Positions 18,704-27,700 of a stretch of 64,000 nucleotides of DNA are shown here, one piece after another. A program made the translations under genes and the position numbers. The stretch covers positions 13,973-77,972 of the forward strand of contig JBPYFQ010000167.1 of the NCBI GenBank assembly GCA_051985625.1. The letters run 5' to 3'. The first letter of the stretch is position 1; each line of letters opens with the position of its first letter. The notes under the pieces are model-generated. The model made no database searches. It was not told where the DNA came from and was given only the letters and a program-made list of their open reading frames with translations. Origin of the DNA: Solirubrobacteraceae bacterium. GTDB lineage: Bacteria; Actinomycetota; Thermoleophilia; Solirubrobacterales; Solirubrobacteraceae.

Positions 18704-19548
18704 AGCCGGTCCAACTCCCGGTCCACGGCATCGGCCAGGGTGGCGGGCGGCGTCGTCAGATCGGCGCTGAGCTCCAGGACAGGCGTGGCGTCGGCCAGCG
18801 CGCCGAACACCTCGAACCGCCGCCGCGCGCGGGCCGTCATGTGGGGGAGCGCGACGGCGAACGGGAGGAGGTCCAGCGTGGTCGCCGGGACGCGGCGGCA
18901 GCGGAGAGTCGCGTCATCGGCGCGGCGGACGAGCACGATGGCCGCGGGTACAGTGGGCGGCTGCACAGCGGCGGGCAACTGGACCCAGCGCTCGTCGCCG
19001 AACGTGGCCAGGGCTGCGGCGCCGTCGAGGTCGGCGGGATCGAGGACGGCGGGCAGGTTCATGACCGCCGGGCCGGGATGGGCGGCGATGGTGCCGCCGG
19101 CCTCCTCCAGCGCCACGATGTCGTCGGCGAACAGGGCGCCGCCGCGACGCAGGAACTCGGCGGCCAGGGTTGTCTTCCCCCCGCCCTGGTCGGCGACGAA
19201 GGCCAGCACGCCCCGGTCGGTCGCCACCGCGCTGGCGTGCAGCAACTCGAACCCCACCTGCAGGCTCGTCGTCCACAGGACGGTGTCAAGCAGGACCCGC
19301 TGGCTCAGGCGGTCGTCCGGGCGGGCGAATGCACAGTTCAGCCGGCGACGATCGGCCTCGAGATGAAACAGCGCCTGGGGGCCGAAGTGAAACAGCAGGT
19401 CCCCGCTTGCGCCCTCCAGGGTGGCAAACGGGCACCCCTCGTAGGCGACGAGGTGGCGGAGAAAGCGTGGGTCGCCGGTGAGGGTGAACAGCGTCTGGGG
19501 ATCGGCCGGCGTCAGGGTCACCGTCGGTCCCGCCGGGGCGCCGGTCAC
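18700..19548 (-). CDS. HPr-kinase-like peptide kinase 2
   Basis: LLHASAV, Walker A variant ADQGGGKTT, LFADDIV. Stop overlaps the start of kinase 1 (GTGA). Confidence 0.8.
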   Translation of the reverse strand: MTGAPAGPTVTLTPADPQTLFTLTGDPRFLRHLVAYEGCPFATLEGASGDLLFHFGPQALFHLEADRRRLNCAFARPDDRLSQRVLLDTVLWTTSLQVGFELLHASAVATDRGVLAFVADQGGGKTTLAAEFLRRGGALFADDIVALEEAGGTIAAHPGPAVMNLPAVLDPADLDGAAALATFGDERWVQLPAAVQPPTVPAAIVLVRRADDATLRCRRVPATTLDLLPFAVALPHMTARARRRFEVFGALADATPVLELSADLTTPPATLADAVDRELDRL

Positions 19549-19749
19549 CGGCCGTGCGCCGGGCAGGGGGAATTCCGGCCGCAGCGTCAGCCCAAACGCG
19601 GCGGCGCCGGATGTGACTGGGTGTCCATTTGGCGGAGGCGGGGTAACCTGATGCGCGTCAGCAGTAGCTTGTGCGCTCCCGCACGATGCTCCATGCGCAG
19701 AGATGGTGACCTATGGTAATGCGGGAGGCGAACACAAACTTCACCGGCC

Positions 19750-20058
19750 ATGACTATTGAACGCAACGATCTGCTGGATGCCTGCCTGCGACTGCCAGAG
19801 CATGTCGTCCACCGCACCTTTGTGGCCGAAACGGTGTTGTTGAACCTACAGACCGGCAACTACCACGGCCTGAATCCCGTGGGCGGCGTGATGCTCGAAG
19901 CTGCCACCACCGCTCCGTCAGTGCGTCGAGCCGCCGAGCTCGTCGCGGAGCGATACGGCGAGGACCCGGCGCGGGTGGAAGCCGATCTGCTTGAGCTCTG
20001 TCACGGCCTCCTGGAGCGCGGACTCGTGGAGGTGGTCGACGAAGCGCCTGAGATATGA
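19750..20058 (+). CDS. PqqD-family RiPP recognition element (lasso B1)
   Basis: VVHRTFVAETVLLNLQTGNYHGLNPVG...DLLELCHGLLERGLV, about 100 aa. Confidence 0.9.
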   Translation: MTIERNDLLDACLRLPEHVVHRTFVAETVLLNLQTGNYHGLNPVGGVMLEAATTAPSVRRAAELVAERYGEDPARVEADLLELCHGLLERGLVEVVDEAPEI

Positions 20059-20714
20059 CCCTTGCTCTTCCACCACTGAGACTGCTCCACGACGACGCCG
20101 GCCTGTGGCCGCGCGCCGCCGAGGTCCTGGGGCTCCGGGGGCCGAGTCCGGCCGAGGCGGCCGGGAGCGGGCCGGTCGGCGTGGTCACCTGGCTGAGTGC
20201 CGCCCGGGACGAGGTCGCCGAGCTCGATGGCCTGCGCACGGTGCACGACGGTCCGATCGTGGCGCTGGTGGGAGAGCTGCCGTCGGCACGGGGCGCGAGA
20301 GCGCTCAGCACCCAGCTGGAGGGAAGCGTCCTGGCCGACGAGATGGAGCTTTCCCTGCGGCCCACCCTGGCCGCCGTCGCCGCCGGCCAGTGCGTGGTGC
20401 CACGGGTCATCCGGCGGCTCCTGGAGCGCCCGCCGCTGTCGCCGCGTGAGCGTCAGGTGCTGGCGATGGTGGTGATGGACTTCTCCAACGCCGAGATCGC
20501 GGAGAAGCTGGTGGTCACCGAGAGCAACGTCAAGAGCCATCTGACGTCGGCGTTCAACAAGCTGGGCGTCACGTCCCGCAACGCGGCGGCCGAGTTGATC
20601 CTCGACCACGAGAGCGGACTGGGACCGGGAATCCTGCGGATCTCACCGGAAGAGTCCGCCGGCACGTTCCGCGCCGCGCGGGGGCCGGACGCCGGGGCCC
20701 GTTCCGCGGCGTAA
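20055..20714 (+). CDS. LuxR-family transcriptional regulator with degenerate N-terminal domain
   Basis: LSPRERQVL...SNAEIAEKLVVTESNVKSHLTSAFNKLGV HTH. ATGA overlap with B1. Confidence 0.85.
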   Translation: MTLALPPLRLLHDDAGLWPRAAEVLGLRGPSPAEAAGSGPVGVVTWLSAARDEVAELDGLRTVHDGPIVALVGELPSARGARALSTQLEGSVLADEMELSLRPTLAAVAAGQCVVPRVIRRLLERPPLSPRERQVLAMVVMDFSNAEIAEKLVVTESNVKSHLTSAFNKLGVTSRNAAAELILDHESGLGPGILRISPEESAGTFRAARGPDAGARSAA

Positions 20715-20912
20715 CGGCCACGGTGACGACCAGCCGGGGGGAGGACCGGCCGGCGCCGGGTCGCGGACACCGCCGCCGCCGGTCGCGGTTGACGGCCGCG
20801 ACCCAAGCGAGCAGGACGACGCCGCCCGGAATGACCACCACCCATATCGCTGCGAGCATCAGAAGCAAAGCGACGTCCTCTACTGGTAGCACGACCGACG
20901 GATCCTGTATCG

Positions 20913-21049
20913 GCACCAGGCCCTCCCGGACTTGAGCGCCAGGCCCACTCGGACCTGAGCACCAGGCCCTCCCGGACTTGAGCACCAGGCCCACTCGGAC
21001 TTGAGCACGAGGCCAACCCGGACTTGAGCACCCGGCCCACCCGGACTGA
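20913..21049. repeat. Tandem repeat, 6 x 23 bp (consensus GCACCAGGCCCWCYCGGACTTGA)
   Basis: Units start at 20913, 20936, 20959, 20982, 21005 and 21028, with no spacers. Confidence 0.9.
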
Positions 21050-21129
21050 AATCTCCGGGGCGTGGGCGGGCCGCGCCGGCCGGGAGGCGGGTGGGAGGGG
21101 CCCGATCCCCTCGGTAATCTCTCGGCGCG

Positions 21130-22575
21130 ATGCTCCTGGACGCGATCCTGCCCTCGGCGGCGCCGCCCGGCGTCGAGATCACTGATCTCGTCTACGACAA
21201 CCGCTTGGTGACGCCCGGGGCGCTGTTCTTCTGCGTCGTCGGCTTCACCCGGGACGGCCACGACTTCGCTCCAGACGCGGTCGCCCGGGGCGCCGCCGCG
21301 TTGGTCGTCGAGCGTCCGCTGGACCTCGACGTCCCCCAGGTGCAGGTGCCGTCCGTCCGGGCCGCCATGGCCCCGGCCGCCGCCGCCTTCTTCGGCGACC
21401 CAACCGCCCGGCTACAGACTTCCGGTGTGACGGGCACCAACGGGAAGACGACGACGGCGTTCCTGCTCCGGGCCCTCCAGGAGGCCGCCGGCCGCTCCAC
21501 GGGGCTGCTCGGCACGGTCAAGAGCGTCGTCGGCGGGACCGAGCACGAGGTCCAGCGCACCACGCCGGAGGCGATCGACCTCCAGCGCACGTTTGCTCAG
21601 ATGCTGGACCACGGCGATCAGGCCTGCGTGATGGAGGTCTCGTCCCACGCCCTCGCGCTGCACCGGGCCGATGCCATCCACTTCGCCACGGCCGTGTTCA
21701 CCAACCTCACCCAGGACCACCTGGACTTCCATCCCACGATGGAGGACTACTTCCAGGCCAAGCGGATGCTGTTCGCCGATCTCCGGCCCACGTCGGCGAT
21801 CGTCAACGCCGACGACGCGTATGGGCGGCGGCTCGCCGGCGATGTCGGAGACGCGATCACGTTCGCCCTGTACAACCCGGCGACGTTCCGTGCCATCGAT
21901 GTCGCCACGCAACTGGACGGGTCCCGCTTCACCGTCGAGACCCCGGACGGTCGCCTGGAGCTGCGTTCCCCGCTCCGGGGCGAGTTCAACGTCTACAACG
22001 TCCTGGGCGCGTTCGCCGCCGCCCGGGCTCTCGGCATCCCGGCGGACGTCTGCCAGGAGGCGATCGCCACCGCCGGCCAGGTGCCCGGACGGTTTGAGAC
22101 GGTCGACGAGGGCCAGCCGTTTGCCGTGCTGGTCGACTACGCGCACACCCCGGACTCCTTGGAGAATGTGCTGCGGGCCGCCCGCCCGCTGACCGAGGGG
22201 CGCGTGCACGTGGTGTTCGGCTGCGGGGGGGACCGTGACCGGGGCAAGCGCCCGCTGATGGGCGAGATCGCTCGCCGGCTCGCCGACCGGCCGATCGTCA
22301 CCTCCGACAACCCTCGCTCCGAGGATCCGGAGGCGATCATCGCCGAGATCCTCGAGGGATCTGGCCCCGATGTGATCCACGACGCCGACCGGCGGCAGGC
22401 GATCGCCACCGCGATCGAGGGCGCCGACCCCGGCGACATCGTCGTCATCGCCGGCAAGGGCCACGAGCAGGGCCAGGAGTTCGCCGACGGCCGGAAGATC
22501 CCCTTCGATGACGTGACCGTGGCGCGGGAAATCCTGCGGGGCACGGCCGTCAGCGCCGCCACCCCCGCCCCATGA
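21130..22575 (+). CDS. murE: UDP-MurNAc-dipeptide:meso-DAP ligase
   Basis: GVTGTNGKTT, MEVSSH, TNLTQDHLDFH, DYAHTPD, DNPR, AGKGHE. Confidence 0.95.
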   Translation: MLLDAILPSAAPPGVEITDLVYDNRLVTPGALFFCVVGFTRDGHDFAPDAVARGAAALVVERPLDLDVPQVQVPSVRAAMAPAAAAFFGDPTARLQTSGVTGTNGKTTTAFLLRALQEAAGRSTGLLGTVKSVVGGTEHEVQRTTPEAIDLQRTFAQMLDHGDQACVMEVSSHALALHRADAIHFATAVFTNLTQDHLDFHPTMEDYFQAKRMLFADLRPTSAIVNADDAYGRRLAGDVGDAITFALYNPATFRAIDVATQLDGSRFTVETPDGRLELRSPLRGEFNVYNVLGAFAAARALGIPADVCQEAIATAGQVPGRFETVDEGQPFAVLVDYAHTPDSLENVLRAARPLTEGRVHVVFGCGGDRDRGKRPLMGEIARRLADRPIVTSDNPRSEDPEAIIAEILEGSGPDVIHDADRRQAIATAIEGADPGDIVVIAGKGHEQGQEFADGRKIPFDDVTVAREILRGTAVSAATPAP

Positions 22576-23939
22576 AGCACTGGACAGCCCAGCAGGTCGC
22601 GGACGCGGCCGGCGCTCACCTGATGGCGGCCCCCCCGGACGGAGACGGGCCGGCCGGCGCCACCGTCGACTCCCGGCAGACGGCCGGCGGGAGCCTGTTC
22701 GTCGGCCTGGCTGGTGCCCGCACCGATGGGGGCCGGTTCGCCGAGGCGGCGCTCGCCAACGGCGCCTGGGGCGTGCTCGTCACCCCGGAGCACGCCGAGC
22801 ACGCCGAGCAGGCCGCTCGCCATAGCAGCGGGACGATCCTGGCCGCCGGCGACCCGCTGGCGGCGCTCCAGCGGCTCTCGACCGCGTGGCGGCGGGCGCT
22901 GGGGGCCGCCGTCATCGGCGTCACCGGCTCGACGGGCAAGACCTCGACCAAGGACCTCCTGCTGGGACTGCTCGCGCCTCACCGGCGGACGATCGCCTCG
23001 CGCGCGAACTTCAACACTGAGATCGGCCTGCCGCTGGAGATCCTCAACGCGCCCGCCGAGACGGAGGTTCTGGTCCTGGAGATGGGAATGCGCGGATCCG
23101 GGCAGATCGCCGAGCTCACCCAGATCGCCGAGCCAGATGTGGCGCTGATCGTGAGCATCGGTCCCGTCCATCTGGAGCTGCTCGGCAGCATCGAGGCGAT
23201 CGCCGCCGCCAAGGCCGAGCTCATCGCCGGTCTGCGGGCGGGCGGAACCGCCGTCATCCCGGCGGGCGAGCCGCTGCTGACGCCGCACCTGCGCGATGAC
23301 GTGACGATCGTCACGTTCGGGGAGGGCGGCGACGTCCATTTCGTCCGCCAGGAAGCCCAGCACGTGGAGATCGATGCCGAGGGAGAGCCGATCGCCCTGG
23401 AAGTGCCGTTCACGCAGGCACATCTGCGCGCCAACCTGCTCGCCGCCGTGGCCGCCGCCCGGGCGGTCGGCGTCACTCCGCAAGGGCGGGTGGAGGTCAA
23501 CTTGTCGGCCGGCCGGGGGCAGCGAACCGAGCTCTCCACCGGCGTGACAGTCATCGACGACTGCTACAACGCGAACCCCATGTCGATGCTCGCAGCCCTC
23601 ACGGACCTCCAGGCGACGACGCCCACCCGCGCCGGGGTCCGGCGGATCGCGGTGCTCGGCGACATGCTGGAGCTTGGACCGGGGGAGCTCGACTACCACC
23701 GGGAGCTCGGCGACCAGGCCATGTCGGCCGGCGTCGATGTGCTGGTGACCGTCGGACCGCTGGCGGCGGCCGGGGCCGACCGGTACGACGGGGAGAGCTA
23801 CGCGGTCGCCGACGCCGGCGAGGCGGCCGCGCTCGTCCCAGAGCTGCTGCAGCCCGGGGACGTCGTACTCGTCAAGGGCTCCCGAGGCGTGGGGCTGGAG
23901 CTGGTCTGCGCCGCGCTCGGCGCCCGGGACGGCACGTGA
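22572..23939 (+). CDS. murF: UDP-MurNAc-tripeptide:D-Ala-D-Ala ligase
   Basis: GVTGSTGKTSTK, NFNTEIGLP, DCYNANP, LGDMLELG, VKGSRG. Confidence 0.95.
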   Translation: MKHWTAQQVADAAGAHLMAAPPDGDGPAGATVDSRQTAGGSLFVGLAGARTDGGRFAEAALANGAWGVLVTPEHAEHAEQAARHSSGTILAAGDPLAALQRLSTAWRRALGAAVIGVTGSTGKTSTKDLLLGLLAPHRRTIASRANFNTEIGLPLEILNAPAETEVLVLEMGMRGSGQIAELTQIAEPDVALIVSIGPVHLELLGSIEAIAAAKAELIAGLRAGGTAVIPAGEPLLTPHLRDDVTIVTFGEGGDVHFVRQEAQHVEIDAEGEPIALEVPFTQAHLRANLLAAVAAARAVGVTPQGRVEVNLSAGRGQRTELSTGVTVIDDCYNANPMSMLAALTDLQATTPTRAGVRRIAVLGDMLELGPGELDYHRELGDQAMSAGVDVLVTVGPLAAAGADRYDGESYAVADAGEAAALVPELLQPGDVVLVKGSRGVGLELVCAALGARDGT

Positions 23940-24919
23940 CCGGTTCCTCGTCCGGGCGCATCCTGATAGCGGGGACGGCCTCGCTGCTGATGTGCCTGTT
24001 CCTCAGCCCCAAGTTCATCGCGTTCCTGCGCCGGCGCTCGTTCGGCCAGAACATCCGCGAGGAGGGGCCGCGCGGCCACCAGACGAAGGCCGGCACCCCC
24101 ACGATGGGCGGCATCATCATCTTCCTGGCCATCGCGGTCCCGTACGTGCTGCTGTCCAAGCGCGACTGGCAGTCGATCGGCGTGTTCATCGCCGCCGTCG
24201 CCTGCGCGCTGCTCGGCTTCGCCGACGACTACACCAAGATCGTCAAGCGCCGGTCCCTGGGGCTGAGGGCGCGCACCAAGCTGGTCATCACGATCCTCAT
24301 CTCGGTCGCTCTGTGGTGGATCGCCACCCAGAAGGCGGGCGTCAGCTCGACGATCAAGCTGCGAATCATCAACACCTCGGTCGACCTGGGCCCGCTGTTC
24401 CCCGTGTTCATCTACCTCGTAGTGGCGGGCACGACGACCGCGGTCAACTTCACCGACGGCCTCGACGGGCTGGCCGCCGGGTGCGCGGCGATCGTCCTGC
24501 TCACCTACCTGGGCATCACGTTCATCATCGGCCAGCGGGACCTCGCCCTGCTGGCGGGCTGCCTGGTCGGCGGCTGCATCGGCTTCCTGTGGTTCAACAG
24601 CTTCCCGGCCAGCATCTTCATGGGCGATACCGGATCCCTGGGGTTAGGCGGCGCGATCGCCGGTCTGGCGGTCATGACCGATACCGAGGTGCTGCTGCTC
24701 CTGCTCGGCGGGATCTTCGTCATCGAGGTCCTGTCGGTCGTTATCCAGGTGTTCTCGTTTCAGGTGTTCCGCAAGCGGGTGTTCCTGATGGCGCCCATCC
24801 ATCATCACTTCGAGCTTCAGGCCTGGTCTGAGACCAAGATCATCCTGCGCTTCTGGATCGTCGCCGCCGCCTGCGGGGCGATCGGCTTCGTCGTCTACCA
24901 GCTAAGCGTCCGCGGCTGA
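23936..24919 (+). CDS. mraY: Phospho-MurNAc-pentapeptide transferase
   Basis: KAGTPTMGG, GFADDY, VNFTDGLDGL, FMGDTGS, MAPIHHHFE. Confidence 0.97.
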   Translation: MTGSSSGRILIAGTASLLMCLFLSPKFIAFLRRRSFGQNIREEGPRGHQTKAGTPTMGGIIIFLAIAVPYVLLSKRDWQSIGVFIAAVACALLGFADDYTKIVKRRSLGLRARTKLVITILISVALWWIATQKAGVSSTIKLRIINTSVDLGPLFPVFIYLVVAGTTTAVNFTDGLDGLAAGCAAIVLLTYLGITFIIGQRDLALLAGCLVGGCIGFLWFNSFPASIFMGDTGSLGLGGAIAGLAVMTDTEVLLLLLGGIFVIEVLSVVIQVFSFQVFRKRVFLMAPIHHHFELQAWSETKIILRFWIVAAACGAIGFVVYQLSVRG

Positions 24920-24921
24920 TG

Positions 24922-24945
24922 GTGGCCGCTCACGTGAGCGGCCAC
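24922..24945. other. Perfect 24-bp palindrome in the mraY-murD spacer
   Basis: GTGGCCGCTCACGTGAGCGGCCAC equals its own reverse complement. Confidence 0.85.
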
Positions 24946-24947
24946 TA

Positions 24948-26306
24948 GTGCCGTCGGCCGGCGCCCCTAGACCGCGGCCGCCGCTCCCCGGAGGCCCGTA
25001 TCTCGTCGTCGGCCTGGCCCGCTCCGGGGTGTCGGCCGCGCTGGCCCTGCAGGCGCGCGGGGAGGAGGTGATCGGCGCCGATTCCGGCCGAGCCGGGACC
25101 CCGGCCCTCGACGACGCCGTGGAAAGGCTTTCGGCGGCTGGCGTCGAATCCCACCTTGATGCGTCAGGCGACGCCCTTGCCGCCCGCGCCGGGACGCTCA
25201 TCAAGAGCCCCGGCGTCCCTCACAACGCGCCCGTCGTGGCGGCGGCGCGCGCCCGTGGCGTTCCCGTCCTCGGCGAGCTGGAGCTCGGCTGGCGCCTGGT
25301 GCAAAACGAGTTCATAGCGGTGACGGGCACCAACGGCAAGACCACCACCACGGAGTGGATCGGGCACATTCACCGCGAGGCGGCGGCGCCGGTCGCCGTC
25401 GCCGGCAACGTGGGAACCGCCGTCACCTCGCTGGTGGGGTCGGTCCCCGCGGATGCGACGATCGTGTGCGAGGCCTCCTCGTTTCAGCTGGAGGACACGC
25501 TCGCCTTCTCCCCGGAGGTGGCGGTCCTGCTCAACTTGGCCCCGGATCACCTGGATCGCCACGGCACCTACGACGCCTACGTCGCCGCCAAGCTGCGCAT
25601 CTTCGCCCATCAGACCAACGACGACGTGGCGATCGCCCCCGTCGACCTCGAGGTCGAGGATCTCGGCGGGTGCGCGCGCCGGATCCCGTTCGGCGCCGGG
25701 GGCGGGGCTGAGCTGTCCGAGCGGTCCGGTTACCTGTGGTGGGACGAGGAACCGCTGCTGGCCACGAGCGACATCGCCTTGCCCGGAGAGCACAACCGCG
25801 CCAACGCCATGGCGGCAGCCGCCGCCTGCCTGGCCCGGGGCCTGGACCGCGAGTCGGTCGCCGCCGGGCTGCGCAGCTTCCCGGGGGTCGCCCACCGGCT
25901 GGAGCCCGTGGCCGTCCGGGACGGCGTGTCGTTCGTCAACGACTCCAAGGCAACGAACGTCGCCAGCACAATCGTCGCGCTGCGCAGCTTCCCCGGGGGC
26001 GTCCACCTGATCGCCGGGGGCCAGGGCAAGAGCCAGGACTTCACGCCCCTGGCGCCGCTGGTGGCCGAGCGCTGCCGCGCCGTCTACCTGATCGGCCAGG
26101 ACGCCGCCCAGCTGGAGCGGGCGCTCCAGCCGACCGGGGTCCCCCTGCGGGCGGCCGGCGACCTGGAGACGGCGGTGGCGCTCGCCGAGGCAGCCGCCCA
26201 CCCGGAGGAGACGGTTCTGCTCTCGCCGGCCTGCGCCAGCTTCGACCAGTTTCGCGACTTCGAGGAGCGCGGCGACCGCTTCCGTGAGCTGGTGAGGAGC
26301 CGGTAG
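24948..26306 (+). CDS. murD: UDP-MurNAc-L-Ala:D-Glu ligase
   Basis: GLARSG, KSPGVP, TGTNGKTTT, EASSFQL, NDSKATN, LSPACASFDQF. Confidence 0.95.
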   Translation: MPSAGAPRPRPPLPGGPYLVVGLARSGVSAALALQARGEEVIGADSGRAGTPALDDAVERLSAAGVESHLDASGDALAARAGTLIKSPGVPHNAPVVAAARARGVPVLGELELGWRLVQNEFIAVTGTNGKTTTTEWIGHIHREAAAPVAVAGNVGTAVTSLVGSVPADATIVCEASSFQLEDTLAFSPEVAVLLNLAPDHLDRHGTYDAYVAAKLRIFAHQTNDDVAIAPVDLEVEDLGGCARRIPFGAGGGAELSERSGYLWWDEEPLLATSDIALPGEHNRANAMAAAAACLARGLDRESVAAGLRSFPGVAHRLEPVAVRDGVSFVNDSKATNVASTIVALRSFPGGVHLIAGGQGKSQDFTPLAPLVAERCRAVYLIGQDAAQLERALQPTGVPLRAAGDLETAVALAEAAAHPEETVLLSPACASFDQFRDFEERGDRFRELVRSR

Positions 26307-27662
26307 ATGGCGCGTGACGGGGCGTCTCGGAGCCGTCGCGGCCGCGACGGCGCGACCGACGGCGGGGGCGGCCGTCGGCGTCCCACGGCGCGGCGGGTCG
26401 CCCCCCCGCTCGAGCATCGGATCCTCATGACCGCCACCCTGTGCCTGCTGGCGTTAGGCGCGGTCATGGTCTACAGCGCGTCGTCGCCGCTCGGCGTGCT
26501 CGCCTCCCGCGGCGGCTACGGCACCAGCGAGCTCATCCGCTACCTGGCGTTCGGCGCCATCGGCCTGGTGGCGATGCACGTGCTGGAGCGCCGCGGCCTG
26601 TCGCTGCTCAACGAGCGGCTGGTCCGGCTCATGCTGCTGGGGTCATTCCTGCTGTTGCTGCTGGTGATGCTCCCCGGCTTCGGCGTCGACATCAACGGCG
26701 CCCGGCGCTGGTTCTCGGCCGGTCCGATCCAGTTCCAGCCCTCCGAGGTGATGAAGATCGCGCTGGTCCTGTACGTCGCTCGGTATTTGGCTGACAACCC
26801 CCGGCGCTTCGAGGGGTCCGGGCGCCCCGGCCGCCGGGGCGCGCGACCCAGCGGGTGGCAGAACTTCCGGGTGGCGATCGCGCCGATCGCCGTAGTGGCC
26901 GGGCCGGCCTGTCTGCTGATCGTGGCCGAGCCGGACCTCGGAACGACGCTCGTCATCGCCTTCACCATCGTCATGTTGCTGGTGGCCGCGGGAATGCGCC
27001 TTCGCTACCTGGCGATCATGGGCGGAGTGGCGGTCGCCGCGATCCTGATCATGGCGCTCGCCCAGCCCTACCAAATGGCGCGCCTGACCTCGTTCATCAA
27101 CCCGTGGGCGTCGAAGTCGAGCGCCGGATTCCAGGCCGTGCAGGGCCAGATCGCGCTCGGCTCCGGCGGGCTGCTGGGGGTGGGCCTCGGCAAGTCGGTG
27201 CAGAAGATCTACTACCTGCCCGAGGCCCAGACCGACTTCATCCTGGCCGTCATCGGCGAGGAGCTCGGCGTGCTGGGGATCACCGGCGTCGTCTTCCTGT
27301 ACGGGATGATCGCCTACGCCGGGCTGCGCACCGCCCGCCGCGCCGCCGGGCGCTACGCCAAGCTACTCGCCACCGGGCTGACGTCACTGATCCTGTGCCA
27401 GGGGATCCTCAACATCTTCGTCGTGCTGGGGCTGGCTCCGCTCACCGGCGTGCCGCTGCCGTTCATCTCCTACGCGCCGACCAACCTGTGCATCATGCTC
27501 GCGTCGGTCGGCGTGCTGCTCAACATCTCCCGCCCCGGGGCCCGGCGGCTCAAGGTGGTGGACGAGCCGCCCCCGGAGAGCGCGGCCGACCGCAACCGGC
27601 GGCGGCAGCAGCGCGGGGCTCGCCGCGCGGCCGGCGGCGATCGCCGGCGCCGGGCGGGCTGA
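26307..27662 (+). CDS. ftsW: SEDS peptidoglycan polymerase FtsW
   Basis: MVYSAS, GARRW, QPSE, EPDLGT, LPEAQTDFI, TGVPLPFISY. Confidence 0.95.
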   Translation: MARDGASRSRRGRDGATDGGGGRRRPTARRVAPPLEHRILMTATLCLLALGAVMVYSASSPLGVLASRGGYGTSELIRYLAFGAIGLVAMHVLERRGLSLLNERLVRLMLLGSFLLLLLVMLPGFGVDINGARRWFSAGPIQFQPSEVMKIALVLYVARYLADNPRRFEGSGRPGRRGARPSGWQNFRVAIAPIAVVAGPACLLIVAEPDLGTTLVIAFTIVMLLVAAGMRLRYLAIMGGVAVAAILIMALAQPYQMARLTSFINPWASKSSAGFQAVQGQIALGSGGLLGVGLGKSVQKIYYLPEAQTDFILAVIGEELGVLGITGVVFLYGMIAYAGLRTARRAAGRYAKLLATGLTSLILCQGILNIFVVLGLAPLTGVPLPFISYAPTNLCIMLASVGVLLNISRPGARRLKVVDEPPPESAADRNRRRQQRGARRAAGGDRRRRAG

Positions 27663-27700
27663 GCAGCGCCGCGCCGCGCCGGGCGGGCGGTGATGACACC

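Noticed and set aside
19750-20058. PQQ biosynthesis gene pqqD
   Set aside because: There are no pqqB/C/E genes; the context identifies it as the lasso RRE.
20913-21049. CRISPR array or HspR HAIR operator
   Set aside because: The units are contiguous with no unique spacers and there are no cas genes. CTTGAG half-sites lack a correctly spaced ACTCAAG partner.
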